Source of the DNA: a virus
Lineage: Duplodnaviria; Heunggongvirae; Uroviricota; Caudoviricetes
IMG/VR virus record: IMGVR_UViG_3300042894_007411
DNA length: 20,193 nucleotides
Direction: 5' to 3' (one strand)
In this document: piece after piece, positions 5,983 through 14,944 of the stretch
How the letters are laid out: each line of letters starts with the position of its first letter
How positions within the stretch are numbered: the first letter of the stretch is position 1
Made by a program: the position numbers and the translations under genes
The notes under the pieces: model-generated
The model's database searches: none
The model's input: the letters and a program-made list of their open reading frames with translations, nothing else
Told to the model about the DNA's origin: nothing

Positions 5983-7488
5983 TTAAATTGATTCGAATTT
6001 TATACCTCCATGAGGCATTCCTTTTGTTTTAAGTGGTCTGTAACCTTTCATTTCGTCTGTAACTACGAATGCCTTATGAGGATTAACCATTACCCCCATT
6101 CTTTTCATTAAACCTCTATTTGCCAAAAAAGGAGTGCTTTTTTGAATTCTGTCAGTAGGTGCAACCTTAACATCGGAAATTTTAACTCCATTGAGCATCA
6201 AATCCAATGATATAATAGGTCTTTTTTCTTTTTCCCTTCCAATTTCAGTGTTTGTGTAACCTATAATTTCATCTGCGAAAGTATTTTCACCTATTTTCCA
6301 ATATAGAACTCCATTTTTTTCCTCCAATTCATCAGCGTGAATCGAAGAGGCTGAAGATCCATTACCAGTGTCAAATTTTGCCACCATTTTACCAATTCTG
6401 GGAATATCTAAAGTTTCTAAATAGCCAACCTCCATTTTGCTATAGCTCCAATTATTCTTGTCTATAACATAGTCAATAACATCTCCAACAATAGGTCTTC
6501 CAATTGCCTGAGAAATACCTTCTGTTCCAGGAGAAGAATTGACCTCCAAAATGTAGGGTTTACCCGATTCAGCATCAATCATGATGTCTACTCCACACCA
6601 GTGGCTTCCGACTGCATTAGCGGCTTCACAAGCGAGAGCTGCTGTTTCTTCGTCGATATCATAGGATGAAACCTGCCCTCCCAAAGAGTAATTAGTTCTA
6701 AAGTCTTTTTCAACAGCTTCTCTTTTCATGGAACCGAGAATGGTGTAATTTCCTTTTTTTGAAATAAGTGGATCGAATCTTTTAACGATTACCTGAATTC
6801 TAAGATCAAAATTAGAATTAATCTTTTCTTGTATCAAAATTTCCTTTTCCGGGTCTAGCTTTGCTATGGTCTGATAAACCGACTTTAAAGAAGCATAAGA
6901 ATCAACAATCGAAACTCCAATTCCCTGGGTCCCAGACAGTAATTTCATAACGACAGGAAATTTACCTCCAATCTGCTCCAAAGCGGAATCTAGATTGTCT
7001 TCCCCGTTGACTAATGCGTATCTAGGAACGGGTAAACCCTCACCCTCCAAAATCCGGGAGGTAAGAAATTTGCTTTCACAAATCTCAATTGATTCTAAAG
7101 AGTTAACGCAAAAATATCTAGATGCCTCCAAATCTCTCATGATTTGTTTGGTGTAGGAGTTGGTAATAACTCCTCTCCGAGGAATAATTGCAGTTTTATC
7201 TGGTTTAATTAGAATTTCTTTGCCATCTTTTTTTCCTTCACGAACCATGTGTCCGTTGTAAATTTTTTCCAACGTTATGTTGTTTATGTCCACCACGTTG
7301 CAGACGATTCCCCGATTTTCACACTCGGCCATAAAAGATTTAGAGGTAGGGCTGGGTTTGGCGGTACCGGACAGGATAAGAATTTCTACCCCATCTGAGG
7401 ACTCGGATTCATTCAAGAAGGTTGAAAAATTAACAACAGAAGGAGCAAAGGACATGAAAGTGGGAAGAAATTTTTCCTTATATATCAC
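5983..7488 (-). CDS. rimK: RimK-family ATP-grasp ligase fused to a C-terminal retropepsin-like (RimB / Zn_protease-type) domain
   Basis: ATP-grasp motifs VVMKLLSGTQGIGV, IQEKI, DLRI, FRTNYSLGG, GVDIM, LEVNSSPG; C-terminal AKFDTGNGSSASSIHA. Preferred start is ATG 7455 (MSFAPS), 23 nt below a GATATATA motif; the GTG at 7488 overlaps the upstream stop. Confidence 0.85.
   Translation of the reverse strand: MIYKEKFLPTFMSFAPSVVNFSTFLNESESSDGVEILILSGTAKPSPTSKSFMAECENRGIVCNVVDINNITLEKIYNGHMVREGKKDGKEILIKPDKTAIIPRRGVITNSYTKQIMRDLEASRYFCVNSLESIEICESKFLTSRILEGEGLPVPRYALVNGEDNLDSALEQIGGKFPVVMKLLSGTQGIGVSIVDSYASLKSVYQTIAKLDPEKEILIQEKINSNFDLRIQVIVKRFDPLISKKGNYTILGSMKREAVEKDFRTNYSLGGQVSSYDIDEETAALACEAANAVGSHWCGVDIMIDAESGKPYILEVNSSPGTEGISQAIGRPIVGDVIDYVIDKNNWSYSKMEVGYLETLDIPRIGKMVAKFDTGNGSSASSIHADELEEKNGVLYWKIGENTFADEIIGYTNTEIGREKEKRPIISLDLMLNGVKISDVKVAPTDRIQKSTPFLANRGLMKRMGVMVNPHKAFVVTDEMKGYRPLKTKGMPHGGIKFESI
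7479..7486 (-). promoter_or_regulatory. NATATATA putative late-type promoter
   Basis: GATATATA overlapping the upstream TGA, 23 nt before ATG 7455. Confidence 0.5.
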
Positions 7489-8114
7489 TTTTTTTCAACA
7501 AACTCTGTAAAATAATGTTGATCTGTCTCGAAATTTGTTTTATTTTCTACCGAATAAACATTCATATCAATTTTGTAACCAGGATTTTTTTCTATCCTCT
7601 TAAATGTCCACGCATTATCCATCCAAATTATTCTATTATTTGGATAGATGAAATAATTTCCATTGTCCATCTTGAAAACGTGTCCACATTTGTGTTCTGG
7701 TGTTTCTGAAAAATTGGTATCTAATAAGGATCTATTTTCAAAAGACCAATCAAGAGTAAAAAGGTAAATCCCCTGTCTTTTTAAACCCGAAATTGAAATT
7801 AAATCTGCTCTTAATCCGCTCATTCTTGCCCTCACCTGAACATCGATGTACGAGCTAAAGCAATCCCAATAAATATGCTCGCTTAAAGGCAATAATTCAG
7901 CATCCTTTTTCCAACAAAAAGCGTTAATGGGTCTTCTTGTCCAATTGACCCCATTTTCCAAAAAAGCTTCAAATAATGGAACTCTTTTTTCAATCGAAGC
8001 AACCGAATGAACATCTGCTAAGGTAAAATCACCGTGTCCTTTTTCGTGGTTAAATAAAAATTCATTTCTGATGAAACAGGTCAGAGTTGGGATGTTGTGA
8101 TTTAGATAGGGCAT
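7485..8114 (-). CDS. Conserved phage hypothetical protein
   Basis: 209 aa; motifs NIP..CFIRNEFL, WDCFS, FTLDW, EHKCGH and DNGNYFIYPNNR resemble an uncharacterised family I associate with large aquatic phages. Confidence 0.6.
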   Translation of the reverse strand: MPYLNHNIPTLTCFIRNEFLFNHEKGHGDFTLADVHSVASIEKRVPLFEAFLENGVNWTRRPINAFCWKKDAELLPLSEHIYWDCFSSYIDVQVRARMSGLRADLISISGLKRQGIYLFTLDWSFENRSLLDTNFSETPEHKCGHVFKMDNGNYFIYPNNRIIWMDNAWTFKRIEKNPGYKIDMNVYSVENKTNFETDQHYFTEFVEKK

Positions 8115-8142
8115 TTTTTGGAATTAAAATCGATTTTCGAAT

Positions 8143-8406
8143 TTAAATATCAAGCAAATATTGGATTTCTACTGCATTCTTGATTTTAAGAAGTTCTGCA
8201 CACTGTGTGTAATTTTCTTCTAACAACAAAAAATCGATTATTTCCTGAACTCTCTCGCACTTAAATCCGGAGGTAAAGGTGGGGTCAGAAATAAATTCAA
8301 ATTTGTATTTCAAAATTTGGTTGGCATTTTCAAACATGAATTGCCTGTAATCTTCAAATTCTTGGTCAATCTCGTCCAGAAGTGGGGTTGTCGTTTCTTT
8401 TTTCAT
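8143..8406 (-). CDS. Hypothetical protein with a UVR-like ENYxxCxE motif
   Basis: EENYTQCAELLKIK near the C-terminus. Confidence 0.55.
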   Translation of the reverse strand: MKKETTTPLLDEIDQEFEDYRQFMFENANQILKYKFEFISDPTFTSGFKCERVQEIIDFLLLEENYTQCAELLKIKNAVEIQYLLDI

Positions 8407-8566
8407 TTTGAATTAATTGTTTCATATAAGACATAGATTCTTCGGGTCCAGTCAAAGCGTCGGGCTTGTGCCAATACAGTTTCATGAATCTTTGGTCATC
8501 TGCCATTCTTTCCCTAATAAGAATTAGTTCCTCTACAGAAGGTAAAGTGCGTCGGTGGAATCCCAT
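8366..8566 (-). CDS. Small hypothetical protein
   Basis: 66-aa ATG ORF starting 1 nt after the polymerase stop; overlaps the next ORF by 41 nt. Confidence 0.5.
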   Translation of the reverse strand: MGFHRRTLPSVEELILIRERMADDQRFMKLYWHKPDALTGPEESMSYMKQLIQNEKRNDNPTSGRD

Positions 8567-8567
8567 T

Positions 8568-9734
8568 TTAAAAAAGAGTATTAATCATGAAAAGGTTGGG
8601 AGAAATCGGGTGGTGACCCATTACTTCTATGAAGCGGTTGATTGGATCTAAAATTGTTTTGGTGAACTGTTGGTCTAAATCCACCGGAGGAGCATACTCG
8701 TAAGGGTAATTTCCTTGAGAATAGGCAAAAACATTGTTTTCCTGTGGATTATTGGTTTTAACAAAGTAAAATCTAACTTTTTCTCCGCTTCCTAACAGGG
8801 GATATTTGTCCTTGTACTTCGAGTTGTTTAGTATGTAATTATGATAGCCAGAAGCTCTGACGTGAATAGGGGTAGCCTTGGCAAATTCGAAACCTGTGGT
8901 GTCGTTTAAAATGAACTTCTCGTAGTTGTTAACCGAAATAGCCAAGGCGATCCGTTCTGGTTCCTGGGCTTTAAAATCTTTCTTGATTGATTTTAACTCT
9001 GTAACGAACTCCCTAATGTTGAAAGACCTACCTTTCGTTAAAATAAACTTAGTTAAGTACATTAGCTTCTCACGAACAAAGGCAGGTGTGCCTCCTTTTA
9101 TCATCTCAACTCCAGTGGTTTTGATGTTGCTTAGAGGTTCGAACTCCACACCATCTGAGTAAACTGTGTTCGTAACATATTTTTTCTTGCCAAGAAAGAT
9201 GGCATTAATCGACAAGGTCTCAAGTTCGAAATCCTGATAGTTTTCCGTGTTCCATTTTTTGGCGTAAATCTCAAAGCACTTTTTAAGATAACCTTTTAAT
9301 CTAAATTCATTGATTTTTAAAATCAATTCCTTTGGATCTCCTTGCCAGTTACAAGACGCCACGACTTCCTGAAATGTTACATAATTGGAGTCAGTATCAC
9401 CATAGATAGTTAAGGGCCGGTGTACCTTCTTGACATCGGTGACTCCTAGTTTTTCATGAAGATCGACATCATCGTGCCAGAAATCGTGAAAGTATCTATG
9501 AATAATTTTTTCTGAATACTTGATTAAATCCTGTCCCTGAAGAGTAACTGCTTCTGCAACGTCTGTATTAAAGCAAGCAAAGAAATTATTTCCTACCGCT
9601 CCATAGATGGAGTTCATCGTTAACTTTACGGCTTGTTCCTCGTTCTTGAGCTCATTCTTTAGGGAGGTGAGCTCTTCTATTTTTAATTTTAGTTCTTTCG
9701 CATTTAGATTATGTGGTTCCATTCTTGTTCCCAA
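8568..9734 (-). CDS. polB: Family B DNA polymerase, C-terminal subunit only (split gp43-like)
   Basis: Motif B KLTMNSIYG, motif C YGDTDS, then KKKY and GVEMIKGGTP; no exonuclease domain or motif A (DxxSLYP). Likely start is ATG 9722. Confidence 0.9.
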   Translation of the reverse strand: MGTRMEPHNLNAKELKLKIEELTSLKNELKNEEQAVKLTMNSIYGAVGNNFFACFNTDVAEAVTLQGQDLIKYSEKIIHRYFHDFWHDDVDLHEKLGVTDVKKVHRPLTIYGDTDSNYVTFQEVVASCNWQGDPKELILKINEFRLKGYLKKCFEIYAKKWNTENYQDFELETLSINAIFLGKKKYVTNTVYSDGVEFEPLSNIKTTGVEMIKGGTPAFVREKLMYLTKFILTKGRSFNIREFVTELKSIKKDFKAQEPERIALAISVNNYEKFILNDTTGFEFAKATPIHVRASGYHNYILNNSKYKDKYPLLGSGEKVRFYFVKTNNPQENNVFAYSQGNYPYEYAPPVDLDQQFTKTILDPINRFIEVMGHHPISPNLFMINTLF

Positions 9735-9740
9735 TCTAAT

Positions 9741-10502
9741 TTATTTCTCGATGATTCCAATCGCAGTGGAAGTTTTTGTCTGCTCTGAACAGAAAACGAT
9801 GCGATTATCGTGAACATAACAGTGGGATGATTCAGAGTCTACATAATTCAAATGCGATTTGTAAATTGAGGAATCCATTTTACCTGACCCCTTGATTTCT
9901 GAAGTTCCAATGTTTAATTTAAAGTCAAAAGAATCTCCGGTTACCCTAACGTTGTCTTTTTCAATTCGGAAAACAAGAAGTTCCTCTGCGTTGGACTCCA
10001 TGCCACACAAAGAAGATAAAGAAGAAAAATCGGAAGAATACAATTTGAAGTTTGCTTCTGAATCTTCTTTCGAATGAACCATTTCTCCAATTGAATCCTC
10101 GACATAAGACAGCAAAGAAAGATCTGCACACTTAATCTTAATTTTCAGCGAGTTTGAAATGACATTGAGTTCGGTAGCCACACAAGATCCATCCAATTTA
10201 GAAATCTCAAGATTCAAAAAGATTTCTTCTTCTGCACGGTAGTACCTGAAGCAGTCTATCAATCTAACGACATCGATCAAACCAATTTTAATTCTTTCGC
10301 ACTTCAATTTTGCGAATCCTTCGAGTGGTTCGAAAATTTGATCTACTGGAATCGATGCAAATTTCATAACAGATTTATCTGGTGTGTGAATTTTGCAAAA
10401 AAGTTCAGTTTCATTCAATTCCAATAGAACGCTTCGATCTACAACCTTTAATTTCTTCAGAAATGCGATTAAGTTGGTGGTACTTAAAACCCTAATTTTC
10501 AT
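9741..10502 (-). CDS. Probable DNA polymerase sliding clamp (gp45/PCNA-like)
   Basis: 253 aa, directly upstream of PolB; alternating strand/helix pattern, and IGLIDVVRLIDCF recalls the gp45 AIYDLNGFL segment. Not confirmed. Confidence 0.55.
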   Translation of the reverse strand: MKIRVLSTTNLIAFLKKLKVVDRSVLLELNETELFCKIHTPDKSVMKFASIPVDQIFEPLEGFAKLKCERIKIGLIDVVRLIDCFRYYRAEEEIFLNLEISKLDGSCVATELNVISNSLKIKIKCADLSLLSYVEDSIGEMVHSKEDSEANFKLYSSDFSSLSSLCGMESNAEELLVFRIEKDNVRVTGDSFDFKLNIGTSEIKGSGKMDSSIYKSHLNYVDSESSHCYVHDNRIVFCSEQTKTSTAIGIIEK

Positions 10503-10566
10503 GTGTTTAAATTTTTATGTTTATTGTATGTCGGGCCCGAGATTTGTTTTCGTCTTTGCCCAAAAT

Positions 10567-11952
10567 TTATTCTTCTTCTTGTTCTTCGGTTGGTGTTTCT
10601 TCTTCTACCTCGAAAATTTGAATGTCGGAATCCAAATTTCTGACGGAAGGTTGTGAAGAGGTAACAAGTAAGGTGGCAGAAGTCTTTTTAACCGGAATCA
10701 CCTCGAGAAGTTTTACGACCTTTTCTTGTGCTTTAATAGCCACCTGTGTTGTCTTTATTTGTTGTTTGATGGATTTAATTTCCTCTTGAATTTCAACAAT
10801 GTGATTGGTAGAAAGCTTTACTAGTTGAATCGATGAAAGACGTCCAGAGATGGATTTATTAAACTGGGTCAGGAATTCCAAAATCTCTTCGTTTTTCCTT
10901 TTGCTTCCGCTCATGTAAATTAAAAATTTCAATTTTGCCTCCAGAAATTCCATTTCGTTGGTCAAATCCTGAACATCCCGATTTAATCTTTTAAGTTTAA
11001 CATATTCAAGATGAGATTTGAATTCTTCGAGATAGGACTTTACAGAATCAAACTGCCTGACCCCTCCATCTTTGATAAAAACAATGTCCTCCTTAACCAA
11101 AATTTGAGTTAGCTTTTTTACTGTCTGTGTTAAAGATGTAAACTCGGCAGAGGTGCTTTTATAAAACCAAAGGGTAATGTCACACTTGCTTTGTGAGTTA
11201 TTGTTTAACTTGTAGTCGACGCCCAGATTTTCCAATTTTCTGACAATTTTTTCCATAAAGGAATCAAATCTCATCACTGGGGGAAGATCAAAAATACGTA
11301 TGGATTTTTTTTGTTGGTTAGCCTCAAACCCGCTCTCCAATAACCACACATTTTCGTGATCTTCGTATTTGTAAATTTTACCGGAGAAATCTTTAAAGTA
11401 GGGCTTTAATACCTTGTTCTTTCCCTGTAAAAATTCAACAATGTCCTCAAGCTTACGTGGCAAGATATTGGTTCGATATCCTACTGCTATGCCAATGATA
11501 TGGGTTAGCAATCCGATGGGTATTTCCACGTTAAGCCAGTCGTGGCCTCCCTCTTCGTTCTGCTCATTCAAATCGGAATGCCGAGTAATGATATCTTTCA
11601 CACCACGGTTTATTCTCACCGAAGTGTATCTTGGAGCGGATGGATTTGGATTGACCGGTGATCCAAAAAATCCATCTCCTTCTAAAATGGAGAAGGAACA
11701 TCCAAAGGGTCTGGCCAATTTTGAAATAGCTCCGGCCAAAGAAGAATCTCCGTGGTGATATAAACCAGTTCTGATGACCTCTCCAACTAAACCAATTGTT
11801 TTGTGAAAAGTAGACGGACTATTTTCTAAAATAATTCTTTGAACTGGGGTTAGAGAATCGTAGAAATTTGGAATACCTCTGGACTGAAGAACATAAAGAG
11901 CATAATCCCTATATTGGGTATTAATTTGGTCTGTAATCGAAATAAAGTTCAA
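10567..11952 (-). CDS. Type IIA DNA topoisomerase, breakage-reunion subunit (gp52 / GyrA-ParC-like, no CTD)
   Basis: YALYVLQSRGIP..YDSLTPVQR, YHHGDSS, catalytic APRYT, GIAVGY; TTG start; acidic tail. Confidence 0.92.
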   Translation of the reverse strand: MNFISITDQINTQYRDYALYVLQSRGIPNFYDSLTPVQRIILENSPSTFHKTIGLVGEVIRTGLYHHGDSSLAGAISKLARPFGCSFSILEGDGFFGSPVNPNPSAPRYTSVRINRGVKDIITRHSDLNEQNEEGGHDWLNVEIPIGLLTHIIGIAVGYRTNILPRKLEDIVEFLQGKNKVLKPYFKDFSGKIYKYEDHENVWLLESGFEANQQKKSIRIFDLPPVMRFDSFMEKIVRKLENLGVDYKLNNNSQSKCDITLWFYKSTSAEFTSLTQTVKKLTQILVKEDIVFIKDGGVRQFDSVKSYLEEFKSHLEYVKLKRLNRDVQDLTNEMEFLEAKLKFLIYMSGSKRKNEEILEFLTQFNKSISGRLSSIQLVKLSTNHIVEIQEEIKSIKQQIKTTQVAIKAQEKVVKLLEVIPVKKTSATLLVTSSQPSVRNLDSDIQIFEVEEETPTEEQEEE

Positions 11953-12051
11953 TTTTCAAATTTTTAATTATAGCAACAAGAAAAGCTCAATGTTTCTCAT
12001 TTTAAAATTTAAACGAGTAAACAAAAGATGTGATTTGAAATTAGTGAATGG

Positions 12052-13191
12052 TTAAGAGGTAGACTTATCGCCCTCGCCTTTAATTGCAGAAGCCAGAACA
12101 GGAGCTGGAACATCGTCCATTTCTACCAAAACAAAGTCAATTTGATTCTGGTTTTCCTTCCTCATTTCTTGAAGAACTTTTTGTAAATCGGTTGCATTTT
12201 TGAAAACGATACATCCAGCTGAATACCAACCTATTTCTTCTGTGGTGCCTGTTTTATTTCCTCTGTGAATGTTGATTCCATAATTTCCAGTTTCCGCATT
12301 TCCAGGAGAAAAGGTGGTGAACTTGGCCTTATTCACATCATCGACAATTGGGAATCTTTCTACCTTTACAGGTCCAGCCTGTACCAAAGCATCATAATCA
12401 TTATGTTTACCAATTTTGTAAGGATATACCCCTGGCCGTAAAATTGCCAATCCATCTGGATTAAGAGCTTCTTTGCTTTTGGCGAACCAATAATTTCTCA
12501 ATTTAGAAATTAGAAAACTAGCACCTGGAACCGTGGTTCCTTGCATGATGGACAAAGATTTTTCATTTTCTGGACTCATCAAAATCAAAGCATCAATAAA
12601 TCTATTGGGATAATTCTTTTTAACCGAAAGGTAATTTCTAAGACCAACCAGGTTATATTTTTTAAAGTTCATTTCCCTGGCCAAACCTTTTTTTTCTAAA
12701 ATGTATTTTAATCCTTCCCAAGACAAATCTTTAACGTCGTCAAATTTGTAATCTCCAGATTTTAATTCTTTGAAAATTTCTTTTGTTTCAGCCTCATCTG
12801 CAGTGGAAACCCCGGCAGAATTTAAAGCCTCAATGTCTTTTTCGGTTGTATCTTTAGAATTAGAAGATTGATCACCGGATGTCCAATCCTGAGGGAGAAT
12901 CCCCTTTTTTTTCAAAGCATCGAGTAATTCTTTATTTTCGTCCTTATGGAATTCCCCGGCAATTTTTTTGCCAATTTCGGTTCCATAAAAAAGGTCTGCA
13001 ACGGAGATCGAGCTTTTACCCAGAGAGGTTGATTTGGACGTACTAGAACTATCCTCAGATGAAGATTTTGTTTCTTTTGTTGCTTGTTTTAAAATAGATT
13101 CACTGGAATCTTCCTGAATTTTGGTGTAGCTATTAGAATTCAGAATAACGAAAAATTCAGAAAATTTCAAAATGTTTTGTGACACAGACAA
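12052..13191 (-). CDS. Protein with a C-terminal L,D-transpeptidase (YkuD)-like catalytic domain
   Basis: GINIH-x14-SAGCIV matches the Hx14-17[S/T]xGC motif; Ser/Thr-rich linker in the N-terminal part. Confidence 0.65.
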   Translation of the reverse strand: MSVSQNILKFSEFFVILNSNSYTKIQEDSSESILKQATKETKSSSEDSSSTSKSTSLGKSSISVADLFYGTEIGKKIAGEFHKDENKELLDALKKKGILPQDWTSGDQSSNSKDTTEKDIEALNSAGVSTADEAETKEIFKELKSGDYKFDDVKDLSWEGLKYILEKKGLAREMNFKKYNLVGLRNYLSVKKNYPNRFIDALILMSPENEKSLSIMQGTTVPGASFLISKLRNYWFAKSKEALNPDGLAILRPGVYPYKIGKHNDYDALVQAGPVKVERFPIVDDVNKAKFTTFSPGNAETGNYGINIHRGNKTGTTEEIGWYSAGCIVFKNATDLQKVLQEMRKENQNQIDFVLVEMDDVPAPVLASAIKGEGDKSTS

Positions 13192-13200
13192 GAATTTTTT

Positions 13201-13554
13201 TTAGATTTCTCCATCTGTATATATCTTTCCTGGACTATTTTTTATTAGATAAACAATTAGGGTATTAATAATGACACTTGCCCCGCTAATCCAAAATCCA
13301 GAAAAAAGTATTGTTAGAATTTGGTAAAAATACCCATCATATTCCAATAAAAACATGAAAGGATTAACCATCTGATTGGCGGAAATCAGCAAACCAAATA
13401 AGATTCCCACCCAAAAGCCAGAACACTGCATACAGGTCAATAATTTTCCCAAAGTTGGGTACATTACCTGCAAATAAATTCTGAGAGGATCAAATATGGA
13501 ACCATTGACTAAAATACTGGTGATGGCCCAACCTAAAAAACTAAATTCAATCAT
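13201..13554 (-). CDS. Small multi-TM membrane protein with CxxC (DUF1360-like)
   Basis: About 3 hydrophobic segments; LGKLLTCMQCSGFWVG resembles the DUF1360 LLTCxxCxxxW motif. Confidence 0.55.
   Translation of the reverse strand: MIEFSFLGWAITSILVNGSIFDPLRIYLQVMYPTLGKLLTCMQCSGFWVGILFGLLISANQMVNPFMFLLEYDGYFYQILTILFSGFWISGASVIINTLIVYLIKNSPGKIYTDGEI
13218..13225 (-). promoter_or_regulatory. NATATATA putative late-type promoter inside the 3' end of the upstream gene
   Basis: GATATATA 26 nt before the start at 13191. Confidence 0.45.
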
Positions 13555-14588
13555 GACGGAAAGATTTTCTTGTAAGTAGACAAGAAATCCCTTTGTGTTT
13601 CATTTAATTCTTTAGGAATTCTTAATTTTAATCTGATTAATATGTCTCCTCTGAAATCAGAGTTAAATTCAGGAATTCCCTTTCCTGCTAACCGGAGAAT
13701 CTTTCCTGGATCTGATCCAGGAGGTATTGAAATTTTATATTCTCCGTCTGGAATTTCTAAATTTGGAATTTTAACCTCTGCACCCATACAGGCATCATAA
13801 AAATCAACATCCATATCACAATACAAATTCAGGGAATCACGTTTGTAAAAATGATGTTGAATATCCTCTACAGACACAATTAAGTCTCCAGGATCACATG
13901 GGGATTTTTCAAAATCTCCACCTCCGTCGATCTTGAAATTTATACCCGTAACTGAACCTTTAGGAACCGTAATGTCTACCTGTGTTGTCTGTCTTATGGT
14001 TCCAGAACCAGAACAAGAATGGCAAGGTGTTTTGGCAGTTTCTCCAAATCCACCACAGGAAAAACACGTTCCATCCACAGCCATTTGACCAAACCCTGTA
14101 TTTACAATTTTTCTATTTACTCCTGTTCCATTACACTGAACACAAAAAACGACCTCAGCATTATGTGCTCCTGTCCCTTTGCACGGTTCACAAGGAAATC
14201 TTTTGAATAGTGTTACCTTTTTCTGTGCTCCCTTTAGTACATCCGCTAGATTAATTTGCAATCTGGCGTTTATATTTTTCCCCTTTCGAATTTGTGTTTT
14301 ATGTTGATGCCAGGAGTTTGCTGAATTGAAATTATTAAAAAAATCTGCAAATGGACTTCCCCAGTTTGCTTGATTAGGTCCGCTCCACTTCGGAGAATCA
14401 TATGCTTTCTTTTTTGAAGGATCCCCTAAAGTTTCGTAGGCTTCGTTTATTTGTTTAAATTTTGCCTCTGCAGAGGTGTCTCCTGGATTTTTATCTGGAT
14501 GATATTTTAAGGCCAATCTCCTGTAACTTTTTTTTATTGCATCAGAAGACGCTTCTCTTCCAACTTCTAAAATTTGATAAAAGTCCAT
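13551..14588 (-). CDS. dnaJ: Molecular chaperone DnaJ (type I)
   Basis: J domain with HPD, short G/F region, four CxxCxGxG repeats, C-terminal substrate-binding domain. Confidence 0.95.
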   Translation of the reverse strand: MDFYQILEVGREASSDAIKKSYRRLALKYHPDKNPGDTSAEAKFKQINEAYETLGDPSKKKAYDSPKWSGPNQANWGSPFADFFNNFNSANSWHQHKTQIRKGKNINARLQINLADVLKGAQKKVTLFKRFPCEPCKGTGAHNAEVVFCVQCNGTGVNRKIVNTGFGQMAVDGTCFSCGGFGETAKTPCHSCSGSGTIRQTTQVDITVPKGSVTGINFKIDGGGDFEKSPCDPGDLIVSVEDIQHHFYKRDSLNLYCDMDVDFYDACMGAEVKIPNLEIPDGEYKISIPPGSDPGKILRLAGKGIPEFNSDFRGDILIRLKLRIPKELNETQRDFLSTYKKIFPS

Positions 14589-14596
14589 TTGGGATT

Positions 14597-14944
14597 TTAA
14601 AATGTGGATTTAAGCCATGATCTAAGTTGATCGATCTTGGTTTTTTTCTTTTTAGGAAGGGATTTCCATTTTTGAATCAGAGACTCTTTGAGGAGAAGTA
14701 TTTCACCGCATATTTCATAGTTTTCTACCCCTTCCCAATAGCCCAACATTAAATTTGTAAATTTTTCGATTTGAGATTCATCTGAAAAAATATGAAGGAA
14801 TTCTTCTGATTGTTCTCGAAGGGACTCCAAATACAAATCATGAACCGCCCGATCAATGTTTGCCTTTAAAACCGAAAATTGAGGATGACTTTCAAAAGAG
14901 GTTCCCCATCCTGTAAAAGAAGAGTCTTTGTTTGGGTTTGACAT
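14597..14944 (-). CDS. Hypothetical protein with a UVR-like ENYxxCxE motif
   Basis: VENYEICGEILLLK; start overlaps the upstream stop (TAATG). Confidence 0.55.
   Translation of the reverse strand: MSNPNKDSSFTGWGTSFESHPQFSVLKANIDRAVHDLYLESLREQSEEFLHIFSDESQIEKFTNLMLGYWEGVENYEICGEILLLKESLIQKWKSLPKKKKTKIDQLRSWLKSTF

Noticed and set aside
9700-9734. Split-intein C-fragment at the start of the polymerase half (His-Asn in MEPHNL)
   Set aside because: HN is followed by Leu, not Cys/Ser/Thr, and no intein block F is evident.
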